A stretch of DNA of 44,048 nucleotides from positions 11,199 through 55,246 of the forward strand of contig CAZKKW010000005.1 in assembly GCA_964553335.1 (NCBI GenBank). Reading direction: 5' to 3'. The translations under genes and the position numbers were made by a program. How positions within the stretch are numbered: the first letter of the stretch is position 1; each line of letters starts with the position of its first letter. The notes beneath the pieces are model-generated. The model was not told where the DNA came from and did not search any database. It saw only the letters and a program-made list of their open reading frames with translations. This document shows positions 32,208 through 40,992 of the stretch, one piece after another. Source of the stretch: an uncultured Hyphomicrobiales bacterium (GTDB lineage: Bacteria > Pseudomonadota > Alphaproteobacteria > Rhizobiales > JACESI01).

Positions 32208-32854
32208 AAATTGCGATTATCGATTACGGCTCAGGTAATTTGGCCTCAGCCGGAAAAGCCTTTGAGCGTGCCGCAAGAGAAGCAGGCTTGGACGCGGAGG
32301 TTTCTATTACCTCAGATCCTGATTATGTCGCCAAAGCAGACCGCATTGTTTTGCCAGGTGTTGGCGCTTTCGCAGATTGTCGTAAAGGACTTGATAGCGT
32401 CGATGGAATGCTGGCCTCGCTCAATGAAGCCGTGACCCAAAAAGCACGACCGTTCTTCGGCATTTGCGTGGGCCACCAGCTTATGGCGAGCCGTGGGTTG
32501 GAAAAGGAAACAACAAACGGCCTTGATTGGATTAAGAGCGATGTTGTTGAAATTGAGCCAGATGACCCGAGCTTGAAAATTCCGCATATGGGTTGGAACA
32601 CGCTGGATGTGAAATTTGATCACCCCATCTTTGACGGCATTGAAACGGGCAAAAACGGTCTTCATGCTTATTTCGTGCATTCCTATCATATGGTGCCGAT
32701 GGACGGCGATGTCGTTCTCGCGACCTCAAACTATGGTGGCGACATCACGGCGATGGTCGCCCACGAAAACCGCATCGGCACTCAATTCCACCCAGAAAAA
32801 AGCCAGACACTTGGTCTGGCTTTGATTGCTAATTTCTTGAAATGGAAAATTTAA
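32204..32854 (+). CDS. hisH: Imidazole glycerol phosphate synthase, glutaminase subunit HisH
   Basis: [11 protein letters not shown], catalytic GICVGHQ, and FHPEKS are class I amidotransferase motifs. Confidence 0.95.
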   Translation: MKIAIIDYGSGNLASAGKAFERAAREAGLDAEVSITSDPDYVAKADRIVLPGVGAFADCRKGLDSVDGMLASLNEAVTQKARPFFGICVGHQLMASRGLEKETTNGLDWIKSDVVEIEPDDPSLKIPHMGWNTLDVKFDHPIFDGIETGKNGLHAYFVHSYHMVPMDGDVVLATSNYGGDITAMVAHENRIGTQFHPEKSQTLGLALIANFLKWKI

Positions 32855-32855
32855 G

Positions 32856-33590
32856 ATGATCCTCTTCCCCGCCATCGACCTTAAAGACGGTGAATGTGTG
32901 CGCTTGAAGCTTGGTGATATGGATCAAGCAACGGTTTTCAACGATGATCCGGGTGCGCAGGCCAAGGCGTTTCAAGATCAAGGCTTTGAATGGCTCCATG
33001 TGGTTGACCTCAACGGTGCCTTTGCGGGTAAGCCGGTGAATGGGGACGCGGTCGATGCGATTTTAAAAAGCACCACCAACCCTGTGCAGCTCGGCGGTGG
33101 TATTCGTGATTTGAAACAAATCGAGACGTGGCTTGATAAGGGCATTAAACGGGTGATCCTCGGCACGGTGGCGGTGCGTGATCCTGAGCTCGTTAAAGAG
33201 GCCTGCCGTTTATTCCCTGATCAAGTGGCCGTCGGCATTGATGCCAAGGGCGGATATGTGGCGGTTGAAGGATGGGATGAAACATCTGAACTCACCACGA
33301 TTGATTTGGCGAAGAAGTTTGAAGATGCGGGTGTATCGGCAATCATCTTCACGGATATTGACCGCGATGGCATTTTGAAGGGTCTCAATTTCCCGTCCAC
33401 CATTGCGCTTGGGAATGCGGTTTCTATTCCGGTTATTGCCTCTGGCGGTTTGGCGTCGATTGATGATGTGAAGCGCTTGATGGAGCCGGATTGCGCAAAG
33501 TTAGAAGGCGCCATTTCCGGCCGCGCCCTTTATGATGGTCGCCTTGATCCGGCTGAAGCGATGGCGGTGATTAAGGGGACAGCATCATGA
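32856..33590 (+). CDS. hisA: ProFAR isomerase HisA
   Basis: [12 protein letters not shown]-terminus and (beta/alpha)8 phosphate-binding motifs (GGGIR, ASGGL). Its stop TGA overlaps an ATG (ATGA at 33587-33590). Confidence 0.95.
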   Translation: MILFPAIDLKDGECVRLKLGDMDQATVFNDDPGAQAKAFQDQGFEWLHVVDLNGAFAGKPVNGDAVDAILKSTTNPVQLGGGIRDLKQIETWLDKGIKRVILGTVAVRDPELVKEACRLFPDQVAVGIDAKGGYVAVEGWDETSELTTIDLAKKFEDAGVSAIIFTDIDRDGILKGLNFPSTIALGNAVSIPVIASGGLASIDDVKRLMEPDCAKLEGAISGRALYDGRLDPAEAMAVIKGTAS

Positions 33591-33715
33591 CCCTCAAATC
33601 CCGTGTAACCCCCTGTCTTGATGTGAAGGATGGACGTACCCGCCTCGCGCGCAGCAACGTAGTTGTGAGCACGGGCAAAAGGAAGAATCGACGCGATGAA
33701 GGATTGTCCATATGA
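33587..33715 (+). CDS. Possible 42-codon mini-ORF 1 (HisF residues 1-17 fused to a 25-aa basic tail)
   Basis: Translates as [42 protein letters not shown]. Its ATG overlaps the hisA stop and its TGA overlaps the next ATG. It inherits the hisA-end SD (AAGGGGA). Translation has not been demonstrated. Confidence 0.3.
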   Translation: MTLKSRVTPCLDVKDGRTRLARSNVVVSTGKRKNRRDEGLSI

Positions 33716-33840
33716 CTCTCAAATCCCGTGTAATTCCCTGTCTTGATGTGAAAGATGGACGTACCCGCCTCGCGCGCAGCAACGTAGTTGTGAGCACGGG
33801 CAAAAGGAAGAATCGACGCGATGAAGGATTGTCCATATGA
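33712..33840 (+). CDS. Possible 42-codon mini-ORF 2 (HisF residues 1-17 fused to the same 25-aa tail)
   Basis: Translates as [42 protein letters not shown]. An AAGGA SD lies 8 nt upstream, supplied by the insert. Its TGA overlaps the hisF ATG at 33837. Confidence 0.3.
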   Translation: MTLKSRVIPCLDVKDGRTRLARSNVVVSTGKRKNRRDEGLSI

Positions 33841-34607
33841 CTCTCAAATCCCGTGTAATTCCCTGTCTTGATGTGAAAGATGGACGCGTCGTTAAGGGTG
33901 TCAACTTTGTTGATCTTATGGATGCTGGTGATCCGGTGGAAGCGGCGAAAGCTTATGATGCGGCAGGTGCGGATGAGCTAACATTTCTCGACATCACCGC
34001 GTCATCTGATAACCGCGATACGATCTTTGATGTGGTGCGCGAAACGGCGGAGCATTGCTTTATGCCGCTCACTGTTGGTGGTGGCGTGCGCAAGGTGGAA
34101 GATATTCGCAAACTGCTTTTGGCAGGTGCCGATAAAGTGTCGATTAATACCGCTGCGGTTAAAAATCGTGATTTTGTCAATGAAGCCGCCAATAAGTTTG
34201 GCAATCAGTGCATTGTCGTTGCAATCGACGCGAAGGCCGTGGGCGATACCTGGGAAATTTTCACCCATGGTGGACGTGAACCAACAGGCATCAACGCGAT
34301 TGAATTTGCCAAAGACATGGCGGCACGTGGGGCGGGTGAAATTTTGCTCACGAGCATGGACCGCGATGGAACGAAGTCGGGTTTTGATAACAAAGTCACC
34401 CGCGCAATTGCTGATAGCATTTCTATTCCAGTGGTTGCATCTGGCGGTGTTGGTGAGCTTGATCATTTTGTCGATGGTGTGAAAGAGGGCGGTGCGAGCG
34501 CAGTGCTTGCAGCCTCCGTTTTCCATTTTGGTACATTCACTATTGGCCAAGTGAAGCATCATATGGCAAAAGCTGGTATAGACATGCGACTTGACGGTCT
34601 TGCTTGA
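33837..34607 (+). CDS. hisF: Imidazole glycerol phosphate synthase, cyclase subunit HisF
   Basis: Intact 256 aa. N-terminus [19 protein letters not shown], plus DELTFLDIT and SGGVG motifs. Confidence 0.95.
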   Translation: MTLKSRVIPCLDVKDGRVVKGVNFVDLMDAGDPVEAAKAYDAAGADELTFLDITASSDNRDTIFDVVRETAEHCFMPLTVGGGVRKVEDIRKLLLAGADKVSINTAAVKNRDFVNEAANKFGNQCIVVAIDAKAVGDTWEIFTHGGREPTGINAIEFAKDMAARGAGEILLTSMDRDGTKSGFDNKVTRAIADSISIPVVASGGVGELDHFVDGVKEGGASAVLAASVFHFGTFTIGQVKHHMAKAGIDMRLDGLA

Positions 34608-34617
34608 GGCAATTTTT

Positions 34618-34944
34618 ATGACCAAATTCACCTTAGAACAATTAAACGCCATCATTGATGAGCGGGCGAAAGCCAGCGATGGATCGTCTTATACGGCGAG
34701 CCTCATTGAAAAAGGTGTTAAAAAATGTGCGGAAAAACTGGGCGAAGAAGCGACAGAAGCCGTGATTGCGGCTGTCACAAATGATCGGGCGGAGCTTACA
34801 AAAGAATCCGCCGATGTGCTTTATCACCTTTTAGTCTTACTCAAAGTTTCCGATATTGAGCTTGATGATGTATTGAAGGAACTGGAACAGCGCACCGCGC
34901 AAAGTGGCCTTGCTGAAAAAGCCTCACGTAGTGCAAAAAGCTAG
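34618..34944 (+). CDS. hisE: Phosphoribosyl-ATP pyrophosphatase HisE
   Basis: LEQL..II..R......SYTASL...G..K...K.GEEA.E..IA and [13 protein letters not shown] match the HisE/MazG-like family. ATG 34618 is the likely start. Confidence 0.9.
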   Translation: MTKFTLEQLNAIIDERAKASDGSSYTASLIEKGVKKCAEKLGEEATEAVIAAVTNDRAELTKESADVLYHLLVLLKVSDIELDDVLKELEQRTAQSGLAEKASRSAKS

Positions 34945-34954
34945 TTAGAAAAGA

Positions 34955-35923
34955 TTGCGGGCAATATTGGATATAGCGGTAGACGATAAGCTAACGCCCC
35001 ACCGTGTTTTTGAAAAAGAAACATGGGCGGCTTTGCGCGCGGACCAAACGCTACCGTTGTCTTTAAATGACCTTGCCAAGCTGCGCTCGCTCAATGACCC
35101 AATCTCATTGCAAGAAGTGCAAGAAATTTACATGCCGCTTTCAAGGCTGCTTTCCATGCATGTGCAGGCTGCAAAAGAGCTGCACTTAAAGCGCCAAGAG
35201 TTCATGAATTTAGAAAATTCTCAAAAAACACCTTTTGTGATCGGTGTTGCGGGCTCTGTCGCGGTTGGAAAATCGACAACGGCGCGTGTTCTTCAAGCCC
35301 TCTTATCGCGCTGGCCAAGTTCGCCGAAGGTGGATTTAGTCACCACAGATGGTTTTCTGCATCCAAACAGAGTGTTGGAAGAGCAAGATTTGATGGGGCG
35401 CAAAGGTTTTCCTGAAAGTTACGACTTGCCCGCTTTGTTGCGTTTTCTGTCTGATATCAAGGCCGGTAAAGCACGCGTGGAAGCGCCGGTTTATTCGCAT
35501 TTTTCTTATGACATTGTGCCGAACGAAAAAATCTACGTAGAGCAGCCGGACATTTTGATCCTAGAAGGCCTCAACGTTTTGCAAACCCGCGCTTTGCCCA
35601 AGGATGGCGAAGCGGTACCGTTCGTTTCTGATTGTTTTGATTTTTCCGTCTATATTGATGCGGATGAAAAAAATATCTCAAAATGGTATCTCGAGCGCTT
35701 CATGAAATTGAAGGATAGTGCTTTTACAAATCCGCAATCCTATTTTCATCATGTGGCGGCTATGTCTTTTGAAGAAGCAAAGGAAATGGGTGAACATTTG
35801 TGGAATACAATCAACCGCGTCAATTTGGTTGATAACATTCAGCCGACCCGACCAAGAGCGAGTCTAATTCTGCGTAAAGGTGAAAACCATCTCATTGAAT
35901 CGGTGAGTCTGCGCAGGCTTTAG
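34955..35923 (+). CDS. coaA: Type I pantothenate kinase
   Basis: P-loop [38 protein letters not shown]. About 320 aa. TTG start is uncertain. Confidence 0.9.
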   Translation: MRAILDIAVDDKLTPHRVFEKETWAALRADQTLPLSLNDLAKLRSLNDPISLQEVQEIYMPLSRLLSMHVQAAKELHLKRQEFMNLENSQKTPFVIGVAGSVAVGKSTTARVLQALLSRWPSSPKVDLVTTDGFLHPNRVLEEQDLMGRKGFPESYDLPALLRFLSDIKAGKARVEAPVYSHFSYDIVPNEKIYVEQPDILILEGLNVLQTRALPKDGEAVPFVSDCFDFSVYIDADEKNISKWYLERFMKLKDSAFTNPQSYFHHVAAMSFEEAKEMGEHLWNTINRVNLVDNIQPTRPRASLILRKGENHLIESVSLRRL

Positions 35924-35964
35924 CGTTGATTATTGAAGAACTCATAAAATTACTGTTTTGGCGG

Positions 35965-35993
35965 GTTGATTTTTCCGTCCAAAAGACTGATAT
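35965..35993 (+). promoter_or_regulatory. Candidate RpoH (sigma-32)-type promoter for grpE
   Basis: GTTG-N18-CTGATAT compared with the alphaproteobacterial heat-shock consensus CTTG-N17/18-CYTATNT (one mismatch in each element). It ends 37 nt upstream of the grpE ATG. Confidence 0.4.
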
Positions 35994-36029
35994 CCAGCTT
36001 AATTTGATCCATTAAAAATTGGGACAGCC

Positions 36030-36734
36030 ATGTCTGACGAAAATACGCAATATCCAGACGAAGACGAAAACTCAAATGTTGAATCGCTCTTTGATAATCC
36101 AGAAGACGAGATGAGCGAAGAGGAATTTGAGGCGGCGATTGAAAAAGAAGAGCAAGAAGCCGCCGCCGAACCAGCCCCGCGTGATCCAGCAGATGTGATC
36201 GTGGCGCTCAACGAAGAAAATACAGAGCTTAAAAACAAAGCCATGTCGTTGCTTGCCGATATGGAAAACCTGCGCCGCCGTACAGAACGTGAAGTTAAAG
36301 ATGCGCGCCAATATGCGGTCGCCAATTTTGCCCGTGATATGCTGAGTGTTAGCGACAATATGAGCCGTGCGTTGCAAGCACTGCCAGATGATGCGCGTGA
36401 AGGCGCGGATGAGACGCTCAAAACCTTGCTTGAAGGTGTTGAGATGACAGACCGCGATTTGCAAAACCAGTTGTCTAAGAACGGTGTTGTTCAACTTAGC
36501 CCTGAAGGTGAAAAATTCGATCCGAATTTCCACCAAGCAATGTTCGAGGTGCCAAACACTGAAATTCCAAATGGTACAGTTGTGCAAGTGGTCCAGGCTG
36601 GTTACCAAATTGGAGACCGTGTCCTTCGCCCTGCCATGGTTGGTATTTCTAAAGGGGGCCCGAAAGCTGCGGCGGCACCTGTAGTAGAAGAAGAAGCGCC
36701 GCAAGATGGCCCATCAGTTGACAAATCAGTCTAG
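36030..36734 (+). CDS. grpE: Nucleotide exchange factor GrpE
   Basis: Acidic N-terminus, coiled coil with [15 protein letters not shown], and a C-terminal beta domain (FDPNFHQAM...[14 protein letters not shown]). Confidence 0.95.
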   Translation: MSDENTQYPDEDENSNVESLFDNPEDEMSEEEFEAAIEKEEQEAAAEPAPRDPADVIVALNEENTELKNKAMSLLADMENLRRRTEREVKDARQYAVANFARDMLSVSDNMSRALQALPDDAREGADETLKTLLEGVEMTDRDLQNQLSKNGVVQLSPEGEKFDPNFHQAMFEVPNTEIPNGTVVQVVQAGYQIGDRVLRPAMVGISKGGPKAAAAPVVEEEAPQDGPSVDKSV

Positions 36735-36783
36735 CGCTTAGCGCTAGATTTGTTTGCATTCCAAGCTTTGTATTCTTAGGGTT

Positions 36784-37326
36784 TTATGAATTGAGATCGT
36801 AATCGCGATCAAATTCTTGGAACAAAATTGGTTCATCAAGAAAGCGCGCTAATTCATCAGCAGCGCGTTTTAACGTTCCACCGCCAAATACAATCCGCAG
36901 ACTTGGGTCAATATTGTTTCGTTTGCACTCGTTGACCAGCGCTTCTGTGCTTTGGAGACGCTGAATGCGCTTTACATAATTTTCAGCTTGTTTTTTGCGC
37001 TGTTCCAATGCGCATAAATGACGACGCATTTTTTCAGCACCAATTTCATTGGCAGCAGCAAGCAGCGTGCGTCGTTTTTTAGTCGCTTTCTTGATTTGCT
37101 TTTCGATCCCGCGCGCAATCATTAAAGCGTCATTTTCATATTTTTTTAGCGAACTAGATGTTTGGGACACGCAATCATGTGCGAGTCCATCGCATTCGTA
37201 AGCGCACTGATCCGAAAAATCCCACATATTTGCCCCCGTAACACCCGTAATATGCTCGATTATATAAATAAAACTAGCTGAACTGAGTTCATTAAGTTGT
37301 TTAACACTCTTATGAACTATGTTCAA
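36784..37326 (-). CDS. Hypothetical protein (about 147-180 aa), family not recognised
   Basis: Open frame with a Cys-containing N-terminal part (CAYECDGLAHDC), a Lys/Arg-rich predicted helical middle, and an acidic C-terminus. Start is ambiguous (TTG 37326 or ATG 37227 with a GGGGG SD-like run). Confidence 0.5.
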   Translation of the reverse strand: MNIVHKSVKQLNELSSASFIYIIEHITGVTGANMWDFSDQCAYECDGLAHDCVSQTSSSLKKYENDALMIARGIEKQIKKATKKRRTLLAAANEIGAEKMRRHLCALEQRKKQAENYVKRIQRLQSTEALVNECKRNNIDPSLRIVFGGGTLKRAADELARFLDEPILFQEFDRDYDLNS

Positions 37327-37363
37327 TAGTATTTTGGGTTTTTATTCCAAATTTAGTTAAATC

Positions 37364-37433
37364 ATGAACCTCGTTCATATTTTTTTGATTAAAGTTATTT
37401 TGACTAAAGTTATATTGTTGATTAATAACAATA
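37364..37433. promoter_or_regulatory. Candidate operator cluster upstream of the TetR gene
   Basis: Inverted repeat ATGAAC-ctc-GTTCAT (37364-37378). Direct repeats GATTAAAGTTAT and GACTAAAGTTAT (37387-37398, 37402-37413). Inverted repeat TATTGTT-gattaat-AACAATA (37413-37433). All lie in the AT-rich divergent region. Confidence 0.35.
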
Positions 37434-37463
37434 TGTTGGGATTTATGCGGCTTAAAAACGAGA

Positions 37464-38090
37464 TTGAAAATGGAACAATCTTATCGGGATGAGATGAGAG
37501 AAAAGCTCATCCTGGCAACAATTGACCGTCTCGCTGTTTCTGGCATAAGCGGCGTTCATGCGCGCGATTTAGCGAGTGAGGTCGGCTGTGCGGTTGGTAC
37601 GATTTATAATCTTGTTGGTGACCTTGATAATCTTATCCTCTTGGCATGTGCGCGTACGTTCAAAGAATATCAGGCATATGTGACAAATTATTTGCAACAA
37701 GAGAAAGAAAAGGGGGCGACCAATCTCCAATTGTTAGAAGCATTGGGTGCCTCTTATGTGGATTTCTCGTCTCTCCATCGTTTGCGTTGGCAGGCAGCTT
37801 TCGAAGTACGCTACGACAAAGATAGTGATTTTCATCACATTTTTAAGACGGGGCAACGCGAGCTTTTATGTCTTATTGTCGACATTCTCAAAGAGATAAA
37901 TGCCGATGTTGATGAGAAGGAATTAGCAAGTATTGGCCGAGCACTTTGGGCTTCTGTTCACGGTATTTCCATGCTTGCGGCCTCAAATCCGAGGGGCGCA
38001 CTGTCAAGAGAAAAAATCCTCATTCAATGTAATCGGATTATTCATCCCGTTATTGAAAGTTTGGAAAGGCGCGAAAAGCCCAAACCCTAA
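37464..38090 (+). CDS. TetR/AcrR-family transcriptional regulator
   Basis: N-terminal HTH (ISGVHARDLASEVGCAVGTIYNLVGD) and an all-helical C-terminal domain. Start is TTG 37464 or ATG 37470. Confidence 0.85.
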   Translation: MKMEQSYRDEMREKLILATIDRLAVSGISGVHARDLASEVGCAVGTIYNLVGDLDNLILLACARTFKEYQAYVTNYLQQEKEKGATNLQLLEALGASYVDFSSLHRLRWQAAFEVRYDKDSDFHHIFKTGQRELLCLIVDILKEINADVDEKELASIGRALWASVHGISMLAASNPRGALSREKILIQCNRIIHPVIESLERREKPKP

Positions 38091-38095
38091 TGGGT

Positions 38096-38713
38096 TTAAT
38101 CAGGCTTTGTCACACGTCTGAGCGTCAAATTGATACGACCACCATTTTTAAGCAGCGTTGATGTATCGGGGTAGATGCGATCAACACCGTGAAAACAAAG
38201 CCTGCTTTTCCCGCCCATTATAATAATGTCTCCGCTTTCCACTTTTAAAGAAGCGGTTCGTCCCTCCCGAACATCTTCACCTGCTCTGAAACGACAGGTT
38301 TCGCCCAGAGAAATTGAAATGACGGGTGCTGTAAAATCTTCCTCGGTGCGATCTTGGTGCAACCCCATTTTGGCCTCGCGATCATAAAAATTGATGAGAC
38401 AGGCTTCTGGTGGATGCGGGTAGTTCGAAAATTCCTCCCATACTTGCTGCACCTTTTGCGGGATGTCAGGCCACGGCGTGCCGGTTACAGGGTGAGTTGG
38501 CTGATAGCGATAGCCATTTTCTGCGTCTGTTACCCATCCAAGCGGCCCGCAATTGGACATGCGAACTGACATTTTTTTGGCGGTTGCTGGCATGGTTGGT
38601 CGAAAAAGGGGAGCCGTTTTGAGTAGTTCGCGAATCTCATCACGTAGTTCTTCTTGCTCGTTCCTCGTAAGATACCCGGGTATGTGCCGAACACCATTTG
38701 GTAAAATCAACAT
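38096..38713 (-). CDS. alkB: Alpha-ketoglutarate-dependent dioxygenase AlkB
   Basis: Fe(II)/2OG motifs: HQDRTE (HxD), ISISLGETCRF, GDIIIMGG.SRLCFHGV, INLTLRRV. Confidence 0.88.
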   Translation of the reverse strand: MLILPNGVRHIPGYLTRNEQEELRDEIRELLKTAPLFRPTMPATAKKMSVRMSNCGPLGWVTDAENGYRYQPTHPVTGTPWPDIPQKVQQVWEEFSNYPHPPEACLINFYDREAKMGLHQDRTEEDFTAPVISISLGETCRFRAGEDVREGRTASLKVESGDIIIMGGKSRLCFHGVDRIYPDTSTLLKNGGRINLTLRRVTKPD

Positions 38714-38750
38714 TTTCCTGCCAATCTGAGTAATTTTCCGTGATCTGACG

Positions 38751-38779
38751 CTTGCAGTCCGCGACAGGTATTCTTATAT
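38751..38779 (+). promoter_or_regulatory. RpoH (sigma-32)-type promoter for dnaK
   Basis: CTTG (38751-38754), an 18-nt spacer, then CTTATAT (38773-38779). This is a complete match to CTTG-N17/18-CYTATNT. It implies a leader of about 175-180 nt before the ATG at 38961. Confidence 0.6.
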
Positions 38780-38960
38780 AGCTTCCGAACCGCGTAAGCG
38801 GGTGGGGCTTGTTTTTATTTGTTGAAAATAACAACGAACGAGACCCAATTCCGCTACAAATATTGCATTAGAAGCCTGCTGGTTGAAAGACCGGGCCTTT
38901 AGGGGTTGTAGAACGCTTAAAAAAGGTTCACACAACGGCTTGCTTGTTAAGGAGACAAAT

Positions 38961-40892
38961 ATGGCTAAAGTCATTGGTATTGACCTTGGAACCACCAACT
39001 CTTGCGTTTCAGTTATGGATGGCAAGGAACCTAAGGTTATTGAGAACGCGGAAGGCGCGCGTACCACACCCTCTATGGTGGCATTTTCGGAAGACGGAGA
39101 GCGCCTTGTTGGACAACCAGCAAAACGGCAAGCTGTTACCAATCCAGAAAATACGCTCTTTGCAGTAAAACGTTTGATTGGTCGTCGTTTTGATGATCCA
39201 ACCGTTGGCAAAGATAAAGATTTGGTCCCATTCAAAATTGTCAAAGGTGACAATGGCGATGCTTGGGTTGAGGCAAGCGGCGACAAATATTCTCCTTCAC
39301 AAGTTTCCGCAATGATCCTTCAAAAAATGAAGGAAACAGCTGAGAGCTTCCTTGGTGAGACAGTAGAGCAAGCGGTGATTACAGTTCCTGCTTACTTTAA
39401 TGATGCTCAACGTCAGGCAACAAAAGATGCCGGTAAAATTGCGGGTCTTGAAGTGCTTCGCATTATCAACGAACCAACAGCGGCGGCGCTGGCTTATGGT
39501 CTTGATAAAAATGACGGTCAGACAATTGCTGTTTATGACTTAGGCGGCGGTACATTCGATGTGTCTGTTCTTGAAATCGGCGATGGCGTATTTGAAGTAA
39601 AATCAACCAATGGCGATACCTTCCTTGGGGGTGAAGATTTCGACATGCGGTTGGTTGATTATCTGGCTGATGAATTCAAAAAAGAACAAGGCATTGACCT
39701 GCGTGGCGACAAACTCGCGCTGCAACGTTTGAAAGAAGCAGCAGAAAAAGCAAAAATCGAGCTTTCAGCTGCCACACAAACTGAAATCAACTTGCCATTC
39801 ATTACAGCCGATGCGTCCGGCCCTAAACACCTGACCTTGAAGCTAACCCGTGCAAAATTTGAAGCGCTGGTTGATGATTTTGTCCAGCGTACAATTGGCC
39901 CCTGCAAATCAGCATTGAAAGACGCTGGTATCTCTGCATCCGAGATCGACGAAGTCGTTCTTGTTGGCGGTATGACGCGGATGCCGAAAATCCAAGAAGC
40001 TGTAAAACAGTTCTTCGGCAAAGAGCCGAACAAAGGTGTGAATCCTGATGAAGTGGTTGCCATGGGTGCAGCTATTCAGGCAGGTGTTTTGCAAGGTGAC
40101 GTTAAAGATGTTCTTCTTCTTGATGTCACGCCATTGTCTCTTGGTATTGAAACGCTCGGTGGCGTGTTCACACGTTTGATCGACCGCAATACAACAATTC
40201 CGACGAAAAAGAGCCAGACCTTCTCAACGGCTGATGATAACCAAAATGCTGTGACCATCCGCGTTGCCCAAGGTGAGCGTGAAATGGCGGCGGATAACAA
40301 AAATCTTGGCCAATTCGATCTTGTTGGTATTCCGCCAGCACCACGCGGCGTTCCGCAAATTGAAGTAACCTTCGATATTGATGCAAACGGTATCGTGAAT
40401 GTGTCTGCTAAAGACAAAGGGACCGGCAAAGAACAGCAAATTCGCATTCAAGCATCAGGCGGCTTGTCTGATGACGATATCGAACAAATGATCCAAGACG
40501 CAGAAGCAAATGCTGATGCGGATAAGAAGAAGCGCGAATCTGTAGATACAAGAAACAACGCTGAAACGATGATCCACTCTGCTGAAAAATCTTTGGCAGA
40601 ATACGGTGATCAAGTTGGCGAAAGTGACCGTCAGGCGATTGAAGACGCGGTTGCAGATTTGAAAGCTGCGATTGAAGGCGACGAAATCGACAATGATGAG
40701 GTTCAAGCAAAATCAGAAGTATTGGCTCAAGCAAGCATGAAGCTTGGTGAAGCCATGTACCAGTCTGAGCAGGCAGCAGCCGAGGCAGACGCTGCGGCAG
40801 ATGCGGCAGGCGATGACCACGACGATGATGTTATGGACGCTGATTTTGAAGATGTTTCAGACGACGATGACGATGAGAAACGCTCGGCATAA
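38961..40892 (+). CDS. dnaK: Molecular chaperone DnaK (Hsp70)
   Basis: [33 protein letters not shown], and an acidic C-terminal tail. An AAGGAG SD lies 6 nt upstream of ATG 38961. Confidence 0.98.
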   Translation: MAKVIGIDLGTTNSCVSVMDGKEPKVIENAEGARTTPSMVAFSEDGERLVGQPAKRQAVTNPENTLFAVKRLIGRRFDDPTVGKDKDLVPFKIVKGDNGDAWVEASGDKYSPSQVSAMILQKMKETAESFLGETVEQAVITVPAYFNDAQRQATKDAGKIAGLEVLRIINEPTAAALAYGLDKNDGQTIAVYDLGGGTFDVSVLEIGDGVFEVKSTNGDTFLGGEDFDMRLVDYLADEFKKEQGIDLRGDKLALQRLKEAAEKAKIELSAATQTEINLPFITADASGPKHLTLKLTRAKFEALVDDFVQRTIGPCKSALKDAGISASEIDEVVLVGGMTRMPKIQEAVKQFFGKEPNKGVNPDEVVAMGAAIQAGVLQGDVKDVLLLDVTPLSLGIETLGGVFTRLIDRNTTIPTKKSQTFSTADDNQNAVTIRVAQGEREMAADNKNLGQFDLVGIPPAPRGVPQIEVTFDIDANGIVNVSAKDKGTGKEQQIRIQASGGLSDDDIEQMIQDAEANADADKKKRESVDTRNNAETMIHSAEKSLAEYGDQVGESDRQAIEDAVADLKAAIEGDEIDNDEVQAKSEVLAQASMKLGEAMYQSEQAAAEADAAADAAGDDHDDDVMDADFEDVSDDDDDEKRSA

Positions 40893-40936
40893 TCAATTGT
40901 CTTGAACAAATCAGCATTTGCATATTTAATGCATTT

Positions 40937-40969
40937 AAGACGACGACTTCAAAATCGTCGTCTTTTTTT
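40937..40969 (+). terminator. Strong rho-independent terminator after dnaK
   Basis: Perfect 10-bp stem AAGACGACGA / TCGTCGTCTT with an 8-nt loop, running into a T7 tract. Confidence 0.8.
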
Positions 40970-40992
40970 GTCGCCCGTTATGGAATGTAGGC

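Larger units (their letters stand above)
33587..33886 (+). repeat. 125-bp tandem repeat (2 full units plus a 50-nt partial) at the hisA/hisF junction
   Basis: Units are at 33587-33711 and 33712-33836, with the partial unit at 33837-33886. Each unit is the first 50 nt of hisF plus a 75-nt insert. The two inserts are 75/75 identical. Unit 2 and the real hisF are 50/50 identical. Unit 1 differs at 4 positions (33592, 33609, 33610, 33628). Confidence 0.95.

Noticed and set aside
33637-33711. 75-nt insert as a duplicated copy of the hisA 3' end (a simple tandem duplication of the junction)
   Set aside because: Position-by-position comparison with the last 75 nt of hisA (33512-33586) shows only scattered matches, apart from a loose GA.GCGATG ... 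AGG ... CAT.ATG resemblance around the SD and start. In the hisA frame the insert does not encode a HisA-like C-terminus.
33587-33840. Classical his attenuator leader peptide
   Set aside because: The mini-ORFs contain no His codons. They also lie in the middle of the operon, not upstream of its first gene.
33587-33886. Could the repeat be a CRISPR array?
   Set aside because: The units are directly contiguous with no unique spacers. There are only 2.4 copies of a 125-nt unit, the repeat lies inside an operon, and there are no cas genes.
33594-33904. Minus-strand ORFs of 80 aa (33594..33836) and 61 aa (33719..33904) spanning the tandem repeat
   Set aside because: They exist only because the repeat removes stops on the opposite strand. 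The 125-nt period is not a multiple of 3, so the frame differs between units. No SD or start context is present, and they overlap the real hisF start.
34002-34655. 217-aa minus-strand ORF antisense to hisF
   Set aside because: It is antisense to an unmistakable hisF, with no recognisable motifs or start context.
35999-36704. Minus-strand ORFs (140 aa and 210 aa) antisense to grpE
   Set aside because: They are Ser-rich or low-complexity translations opposite a confidently identified grpE. The same reasoning applies to 38774..39286 opposite dnaK and 10696..11250 opposite parB.
38082-38097. Hairpin AAACCC-TAAT-GGGTTT spanning the tetR and alkB stop codons
   Set aside because: The stem is only 6 bp and there are no flanking T-runs. 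It is too weak to call a bidirectional terminator with any confidence.
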